A stretch of 32,000 nt of DNA from Vibrio vulnificus CMCP6 (GTDB lineage: Bacteria; Pseudomonadota; Gammaproteobacteria; Enterobacterales; Vibrionaceae), in NCBI RefSeq assembly GCF_000039765.1, contig NC_004459.3:1410001-1442000 (forward strand). The letters run 5' to 3'. The position numbers and the translations under genes were made by a program. Below are positions 26,022 through 32,000 of this stretch, piece by piece (the first letter of the stretch is position 1; each line of letters opens with the position of its first letter). The notes beneath the pieces are model-generated. The model made no database searches. It had not been told where the DNA came from and worked only from the letters and a program-made list of their open reading frames with translations.

Positions 26022-27491
26022 ATGAGTGCAGAGTTGCTGCTAAACGTGACCCCGAGTGAAACTCGCGTGGCCATGATTGAGGGTGGGGTACTCCAAGAAG
26101 TCCATATTGAACGTGAAGCCCGTCGTGGCATTGTCGGAAACATCTACAAAGGCAAAGTAAGCCGAGTTTTGCCGGGTATGCAAGCGGCTTTCGTTGATAT
26201 CGGTTTGGATAAAGCCGCCTTCCTCCACGCGTCTGATATTGTTCCTCATACGGAATGTGTTGCTGAAAATGAAAAGCAGCAATTCCAAGTACGCGATATC
26301 TCTGAACTGGTCCGCCAAGGGCAAGACATTGTTGTGCAAGTGGTGAAAGATCCGCTGGGCACCAAAGGGGCTCGCCTCACCACTGACATTACGCTGCCTT
26401 CTCGTTATCTCGTCTTTATGCCGGGCGCTAGCCACGTTGGTGTTTCACAGCGTATCGAAAGTGAGTCAGAGCGCGAACGTCTGAAGAAAATTGTTAGCCA
26501 TTACTGTGATGAACATGGTGGCTTTATTATCCGCACGGCGGCGGAAGGCGCTGATGGCAAAGAGTTGTCACAAGATGCGGCATTTTTGAAACGCCTGTGG
26601 CTCAAAGTCATGGAGCGTCGTAGCAAATACAAAACCCGTTCAACGTTGTACGGTGAGCTGGGGTTGGCGCAACGTATCCTTCGCGATTTTGTCGGAACCG
26701 AGCTGGATAAGATTTTGGTCGACTCTCGTCAAGAATTTGAAAACTTGAAAGAATTTACGTCAGAATACGTTCCAGAATTGACGGATAAGCTCGAGCTTTA
26801 CGAAGGGGATAAACCGATTTTCGACATGTACGATACGGAGAACGAGATTCAACGTTCTTTGGAGCGTAAAGTGGAGCTGAAATCGGGTGGGTATCTGATC
26901 ATTGATCAAACCGAAGCGATGACTACGGTGGACATCAATACCGGGGCATTTGTTGGCCGCCGCAATCTTGAAGAAACGATTTTCAACACCAACATCGAAG
27001 CGACGCAAGCCATTGCACGTCAACTGCGTTTACGTAACTTAGGCGGTATTATCATTATCGATTTCATTGATATGTCGTCAGAAGAGCATCGTAAGCGAGT
27101 GCTTACCTCGTTAGAAAATGCCTTAAGCAAAGATCGAGTCAAAACCAACATCAATGGCTTTACTCAGCTTGGTTTGGTGGAAATGACCCGTAAGCGCACA
27201 CGTGAAAGCATTGAGCACATTCTCTGTTCAAGTTGTCCAACGTGTGAAGGGCGCGGCAGTGTCAAGACGGTAGAAACCGTATGTTATGAAATTCTGCGTG
27301 AAATCACCCGAGTCAACCGAGCTTACGATGCGGACAAATTTGTCGTGTACGCTTCGCCAGCGGTGGCAGACGCTTTGCATGGTGATGAGTCCCATGCTTT
27401 GGCAGAGTTGGAAGTCTTTATTGGTAAGCAAGTACGCATTCAAGCCGAGCCTTTGTATATCCAAGAGCAGTTTGATGTCGTGATGATGTAA
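26022..27491 (+). CDS. rng: Ribonuclease G
   Basis: MSAELLLNVTPSETRVAMIEGGVLQEVHIEREARRGIVGNIYKGKVSRVLPGMQAAFVDIGLDKAAFLHASDI is almost identical to the E. coli Rng N-terminus (S1 domain). It is 489 aa from ATG 26022. The track starts two codons earlier at a GTG. Confidence 0.95.
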   Translation: MSAELLLNVTPSETRVAMIEGGVLQEVHIEREARRGIVGNIYKGKVSRVLPGMQAAFVDIGLDKAAFLHASDIVPHTECVAENEKQQFQVRDISELVRQGQDIVVQVVKDPLGTKGARLTTDITLPSRYLVFMPGASHVGVSQRIESESERERLKKIVSHYCDEHGGFIIRTAAEGADGKELSQDAAFLKRLWLKVMERRSKYKTRSTLYGELGLAQRILRDFVGTELDKILVDSRQEFENLKEFTSEYVPELTDKLELYEGDKPIFDMYDTENEIQRSLERKVELKSGGYLIIDQTEAMTTVDINTGAFVGRRNLEETIFNTNIEATQAIARQLRLRNLGGIIIIDFIDMSSEEHRKRVLTSLENALSKDRVKTNINGFTQLGLVEMTRKRTRESIEHILCSSCPTCEGRGSVKTVETVCYEILREITRVNRAYDADKFVVYASPAVADALHGDESHALAELEVFIGKQVRIQAEPLYIQEQFDVVMM

Positions 27492-27501
27492 TGGATAGTT
27501 T

Positions 27502-30500
27502 GTGATTTCTGGTTTTACCCTATTTTGGCGAGCGGTGTTGTGGTTATTAGTCACCCTCTTGTTGCTGCTCGCCATCTTGGTCACTGGGCTGCGCATTGCG
27601 TTGCCGCAGATGAACCAATTTCAAGATGAAATCAAAACCTGGGTCAAGCAGGGCACCGGGTTGGATGTCTCTATTTCCAGTGTTTCGGGTTCTTGGCGTA
27701 ATAGCCATCCTTCGGTCGCTCTTCAGGGCTTTGAAGCCTTCTTACCTGGAGAGAAAAAGGTCAATATTTCCGTTGATGAAGTGCATATTGAGTTTGACCT
27801 GCTGGAATCTATTCTGCGTCTGCAACCTGTGGTCGCCAATCTCAATATGAGTGGTTTAGCGCTCGACATTCGCTCGATAGAGCTTGTCGCCGCTGAAGGT
27901 CCTCCTACTCGAGAAGCCTCTTCTGAATCGCAAGAATCGTCTAACTTAATCAAGCAACTGGATAATCTTTTGCTGCGTCAGTTAGAAGAGTTCTCCGTCA
28001 CGCAATCTAAAATCTGGTACCAATCGGTGTCGGGCGAAAACCGCCGTCTTGATATTGACCGTTTACGCTGGCGCAATCAAGGTGCGCACCATTTAGCGGA
28101 AGGCGTGGTGAGTGTTGCTGGGACCAATCTCAATGCTTTGTTAGTGAGTGCCAACTTTGTTGACCACGGCTCTTTGTTAGATGTCAGCGGAGAGTTTTAC
28201 GTCAATGCTGAAGAGATCGCGGTTACCCAATGGTTAACGCGCTATGTCAAGAAAGAGACGGGGATTGATTCTGGCAAGATCAGTTTGAAATCTTGGTTGA
28301 CGTTGCAACATTCTCAGCCACGCTATGCGTTTGTCGAATTGCTGCCATCTGAGTTGAGCTGGACGGAAAATGGCCAACATGAGCTCACTCTGGAGTCTGG
28401 TATTTTAAAACTCTCTCCCGATGGAGAAGGCTGGAAGGTGAGTGGTCATTCACTGACACTCCGTACCGATGAGATTGAATGGCCTCAATTGGACATTGCC
28501 TTTGATTGGCAACCACAAGGATGGAAGCTCAACTTATCCCAATTGAGTCTTGAAGCGCTGCTGCCGATGGCCAAGTTGTTACCCGACTCTGATCAAACCA
28601 CCCAAATACTGCAAAAACTGCAGCCAAGTGGCACGGTGGAAGATATCCGTGTGGCTATGTCAGGCAGTGATCTGGATTCATTACGTTATTCTGCAGAACT
28701 AGACAGTTTGGCGATGCAGCAGTGGGATTTGCTGCCGGGCTTTCATCATGTCAGTGGGACGCTGTTTGGTGACGTGACGCAAGCCAAAGCATCGATGTCA
28801 GTGATTGATGATGTTTTCCCTTATGGCGAGGTATTTCAAGCCCCACTTAATATCAAGCAAGGACAAGTGGATATTGTTTGGCAGAACGATCAAAACGGTT
28901 GGCGCTTATGGGCCGACAAAGTGACGGCAGCAACACCGGATCTTCAGGTGTTGGGGGCGTTTCGTCTTGATTTTCCAAAAGACAAGAGCCCGTTTTTGTC
29001 CTTTTATGCCGAGGCCGATGCGTATAACGTCGGTGAAACGTGGCGCTATTTACCCACCTTAGCGTTAGGACGGGAGTTAACGGACTACCTTTCTACGGCC
29101 ATTCAAGGCGGCAAGGTCAATACCGCGAAGCTGCTTTGGTATGGTGAACTGGCGGATTTCCCTTACACCAAAAATGACGGCATGTTCCAAGCTTGGGTCG
29201 GCTTAAAACAAGGCAAATTCAGCTTTGATACCGCTTGGCCGCCCATTACCGATTTGCAACTGGATCTGCTATTCCAAAATGACGCCATGTATTTGGATTC
29301 CAAATCTGCCACGCTAAAAGATGTCAAAGCGAGCCGAATTACTGGCCGTATTCCTGAATTAGCGGAAGGTGGACATATTGAGATTGAAGCGAAAGCGACC
29401 GCCGCAGGTAATGCTGTGCGTGACTACATGACCGCCACGCCGCTGGTGGATTCGGTGGGTGCGGCGCTGACGGCGCTACAAGTACAAGGGCCCGTCAAGT
29501 CTGAGTTCCAACTGAATATTCCGTTTACCAGTGACAAAGAACCACGAGCATGGGGATACGCTGAACTGGCGGGCAATCGTGTCGACATTGATGCACCGCC
29601 AATGACGCTGGAAAAAGTCTCGGGAAGGATTGAATTTGACAATGATGTGGTTAAAGCCTCTGGGCTTTCCGCTCGTTTGTTAAAGCAACCCATTGCCATC
29701 GATTTTGCTGGAGAAAGTGCAGATTACGGCTATAGCGTGGTGATCAACACCTTGGCGGATTGGGATGTAAAACCGTTGGTGCCTTACGTGGGTGAGCAAT
29801 GGTTAGGCCGACTTTCTGGTCACGCGCCTTGGACCATGGATATCGATCTGCAATTAAACGATGTTGGCTTTACCTACCAAGTCGACCTTAATGCCAAGTT
29901 GAACAGCGTTGCAAGCCGATACCCCTATCCACTGAATAAGAATGTTGGCGAAGCGTGGCAAGCTCGCATGCAGGCTTCGGGCAATCAAGAGTCGATCACT
30001 GCACGTTTGCAAATGCCCAATGCCAAGTACCAAACGGAAATTGATATTACGGGCAAAGTGCCTGTGTTGAGTGCAACCAACCTGGTGCTGGGCAGTGGTG
30101 GCTTCAAAATTAGCCCAGTGGTGGGCCACCATGCCTTGATTCGTACCGAATACTTTGACCTCGACCAATGGCTGAGTGTGTTGAGTCAACCGCCAAAAGG
30201 CGCGACATCGAAACTGGCACAAATGGATACGCCAGAGATTCCATTGCCTACACGTATCAAAGTCGAAACGCCAACCTTAATGCTCAGTGGCATCGAGTTT
30301 CATGATGTGGATTTCTCGGCACGGAAGAAAAATCTCAATTGGCAGTTCAACCTGAAAAGCCAAGAGGCTGTAGGACAGGCGAACTACCTTGAACCTTACG
30401 ACTTGGCGGTATCATTAGAGCGTTTGCATCTTTATGTACCAGGGTTGGATGAGAAGAAAGCGCAGGGTGAGTCCTTACTTACCGCGGAGAGTCCGGAAGC

Positions 30501-31389
30501 GCCATTGATCAGTCAGTTTGATCGCGAATTTCATCAACTGATGCCAAACTTAACACTGAACATCGATGATTTTTGGTTGCAGGGCTACAAAGTTGGCAAG
30601 GTGAACATTGATTTGCAGCGGCAAGGCAAAGCTTTGGTGTGGAAAAATATTTCACTGGTCAGTGGCTCAAATCGCGTGGATGTGAATGGCGACTGGACAT
30701 TGGATGGGGAAACCAGTCAATCGCGCATGAATCTCAAGGTGAAAAGTGATAACAACAGCGATTTGATGGAGCGATTTGGTATTACCTCCGGCATTCAAAA
30801 AGCGCCGTTTGAAATCACCTCACAAGTGATTTGGGATGGAGCGCCTTGGTCGATGCGGGTAAATACGCTCGATGGTGATGTGCAAACCGAATTTGGCAAA
30901 GGCATCATTACTGACGTGAGCGGCGCGGCTCGTTTGTTGGGACTATTTAGTCTCGATTCCATCATTCGTAAAATGCAGCTCGATTTTACCGATGTGTTCG
31001 ACAAAGGCATGGCGTTTAACTCGATTAAAGGCACGGGTAAGATCCAAGATGGCGTGTTTGTGACCAATGATATTGAGATGGATGCCTTAGCGGGTGCGAT
31101 GAAAATTCGCGGGCTTGCCAACATGGTGACTCGAACGGTAGACGCGGAAGTGCAGTTTACTCCAGATATTACCTCTGGCATCCCGATGTTGACGGCGTTT
31201 GCGGTTGCGCCACAAACGGCACTCTACGTGTTGGCGATTTCCACCGTGATTTCGCCGGTTGTGGAAGTGTTTACCCAAGTTAACTATTCCGTCAAAGGGC
31301 CGCTTGACTATCCAACGGTCAGTGAAATTTCGCGTAGCCGTGGTGAGTTTGAACTCCCAGAAAAACTGCGCAAAGAAGCGCAAGAATAA
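27502..31389 (+). CDS. yhdP: YhdP, AsmA-like giant envelope protein (proposed phospholipid transport bridge)
   Basis: 1295-aa ORF with a GTG start and a single N-terminal TM (FTLFWRAVLWLLVTLLLLLAILVTGL) followed by a long beta-rich body. It lies directly downstream of rng, as in E. coli. Confidence 0.85.
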   Translation: MISGFTLFWRAVLWLLVTLLLLLAILVTGLRIALPQMNQFQDEIKTWVKQGTGLDVSISSVSGSWRNSHPSVALQGFEAFLPGEKKVNISVDEVHIEFDLLESILRLQPVVANLNMSGLALDIRSIELVAAEGPPTREASSESQESSNLIKQLDNLLLRQLEEFSVTQSKIWYQSVSGENRRLDIDRLRWRNQGAHHLAEGVVSVAGTNLNALLVSANFVDHGSLLDVSGEFYVNAEEIAVTQWLTRYVKKETGIDSGKISLKSWLTLQHSQPRYAFVELLPSELSWTENGQHELTLESGILKLSPDGEGWKVSGHSLTLRTDEIEWPQLDIAFDWQPQGWKLNLSQLSLEALLPMAKLLPDSDQTTQILQKLQPSGTVEDIRVAMSGSDLDSLRYSAELDSLAMQQWDLLPGFHHVSGTLFGDVTQAKASMSVIDDVFPYGEVFQAPLNIKQGQVDIVWQNDQNGWRLWADKVTAATPDLQVLGAFRLDFPKDKSPFLSFYAEADAYNVGETWRYLPTLALGRELTDYLSTAIQGGKVNTAKLLWYGELADFPYTKNDGMFQAWVGLKQGKFSFDTAWPPITDLQLDLLFQNDAMYLDSKSATLKDVKASRITGRIPELAEGGHIEIEAKATAAGNAVRDYMTATPLVDSVGAALTALQVQGPVKSEFQLNIPFTSDKEPRAWGYAELAGNRVDIDAPPMTLEKVSGRIEFDNDVVKASGLSARLLKQPIAIDFAGESADYGYSVVINTLADWDVKPLVPYVGEQWLGRLSGHAPWTMDIDLQLNDVGFTYQVDLNAKLNSVASRYPYPLNKNVGEAWQARMQASGNQESITARLQMPNAKYQTEIDITGKVPVLSATNLVLGSGGFKISPVVGHHALIRTEYFDLDQWLSVLSQPPKGATSKLAQMDTPEIPLPTRIKVETPTLMLSGIEFHDVDFSARKKNLNWQFNLKSQEAVGQANYLEPYDLAVSLERLHLYVPGLDEKKAQGESLLTAESPEAPLISQFDREFHQLMPNLTLNIDDFWLQGYKVGKVNIDLQRQGKALVWKNISLVSGSNRVDVNGDWTLDGETSQSRMNLKVKSDNNSDLMERFGITSGIQKAPFEITSQVIWDGAPWSMRVNTLDGDVQTEFGKGIITDVSGAARLLGLFSLDSIIRKMQLDFTDVFDKGMAFNSIKGTGKIQDGVFVTNDIEMDALAGAMKIRGLANMVTRTVDAEVQFTPDITSGIPMLTAFAVAPQTALYVLAISTVISPVVEVFTQVNYSVKGPLDYPTVSEISRSRGEFELPEKLRKEAQE

Positions 31390-31396
31390 GGAGCGA

Positions 31397-32000
31397 ATGA
31401 TGGAAAGGATTGCCATTATTCAAATGACGTCGACGTCAGACTGTACAGACAATGTGGCTTATATTGAGCATTGGGCAGAGCAGGCGGCCCTTCTAGGGGC
31501 AAGTTTGGTGGTGACCCCAGAAAACGCCTTGCTGTTTGGTGGCAGAGAGGATTACCACCAGCATGCCGAACCGCTTGGTAATGGCCCATTGCAACAGGCC
31601 ATGGCGCAGCTTGCCAAACGGCTGGCAGTGACCCTGGTGATTGGCAGCATGCCGATTCGCCAAGGGCATGACGTTACCACTACCAGCTTGGTTTTTGGCC
31701 CCAATGGCGAACGTCTTGGTCATTACAGCAAGCTGCACATGTTTGATGTGGAGGTCAGCGATGGCCATGGGCATTACCGTGAATCAGACAGCTTTTTGGC
31801 TGGCGATCGCAGCAGTGTGGTGGCCACGCCCATAGGCCGTTTAGGGCTTTCCATTTGCTACGATGTTCGCTTTCCGGCGTTGTACCAAACACTACGTCAA
31901 AAGGGAGCCGATATTTTGTTGGTGCCCGCGGCGTTTACTGCGGTGACTGGAGAGGCGCATTGGGAAATACTCTTGCGCGCTCGAGCGATAGAAAATCAGT
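31397..32000 (+). CDS. Carbon-nitrogen hydrolase (nitrilase superfamily) protein, 5' part; continues beyond window end
   Basis: Absent from the track because it is open at the window edge. My translation reads MMERIAIIQMTSTSDCTDNVAYIEHWAEQAALLGASLVVTPENALLFG...HYSKLHMFDV...GRLGLSICYDVRFPALY...LLVPAAFT. This contains the Glu (TPE), Lys (KLHMFD) and Cys (SICYDVRFP) catalytic triad context of the nitrilase superfamily. Confidence 0.85.
   Translation, partial: MMERIAIIQMTSTSDCTDNVAYIEHWAEQAALLGASLVVTPENALLFGGREDYHQHAEPLGNGPLQQAMAQLAKRLAVTLVIGSMPIRQGHDVTTTSLVFGPNGERLGHYSKLHMFDVEVSDGHGHYRESDSFLAGDRSSVVATPIGRLGLSICYDVRFPALYQTLRQKGADILLVPAAFTAVTGEAHWEILLRARAIENQ

Noticed and set aside
27626-31416. 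Multiple 74-128-aa ORFs in other frames or antisense within yhdP (e.g. 29854-30222, 30795-31181, 31087-31416).
   Set aside because: They are embedded in a continuous 1295-codon frame with the expected N-terminal anchor and syntenic position. These are shadow ORFs.
31493-31835. ORFs 31493-31774 (minus strand) and 31641-31835 (plus strand, other frame).
   Set aside because: They overlap the open-ended carbon-nitrogen hydrolase frame, which shows the Glu-Lys-Cys triad context. The track missed the real gene only because it has no stop within the window.

Overview
This window looks like a Vibrio cholerae-type chromosome 1 housekeeping region that carries the complete mannose-sensitive haemagglutinin (MSHA) type IVa pilus locus. 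I identified it from protein sequences and gene order that I recognise; nothing was searched.

Gene order:
- Minus strand: uvrA (5' part, runs off the window start), galU, and a LuxR-type regulator (probably qstR).
- Plus strand: ssb, then csrD/mshH.
- Plus strand: 16 tightly packed, co-oriented msh genes. mshI-J-K-L-M-N-E-G-F form the assembly/secretion operon and mshB-A-C-D-O-P-Q form the pilin/structural operon.
- Plus strand: mreB-mreC-mreD-maf-rng-yhdP, then the 5' part of a carbon-nitrogen hydrolase gene that runs off the window end.

Several six-frame ORF starts look too long. I re-placed them for qstR, csrD, mshL, mshN, mshB, mshO, mshP, mreB, mreD and rng, using leader-peptide logic, Shine-Dalgarno position or remembered E. 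coli N-termini.

I support four rho-independent terminator or hairpin structures: after galU, ssb and mshA, and in the mshQ-mreB spacer. I also report a few sigma70-like promoters and one LexA-box candidate.

I found no rRNA, tRNA, CRISPR array, transposase, integrase, prophage gene or long repeat. All minus-strand ORFs inside the plus-strand genes look like shadow ORFs.

I do not see a convincing previously undescribed system, because MSHA is a well-studied pilus. The parts most worth a second look are:
- the giant secreted MshQ and its AT-rich, apparently mosaic 5' half;
- the atypical Glu5-less pilin-like MshP;
- the ATPase-only MshM paired with the TPR protein MshN;
- the regulatory hairpins flanking the pilin operon.
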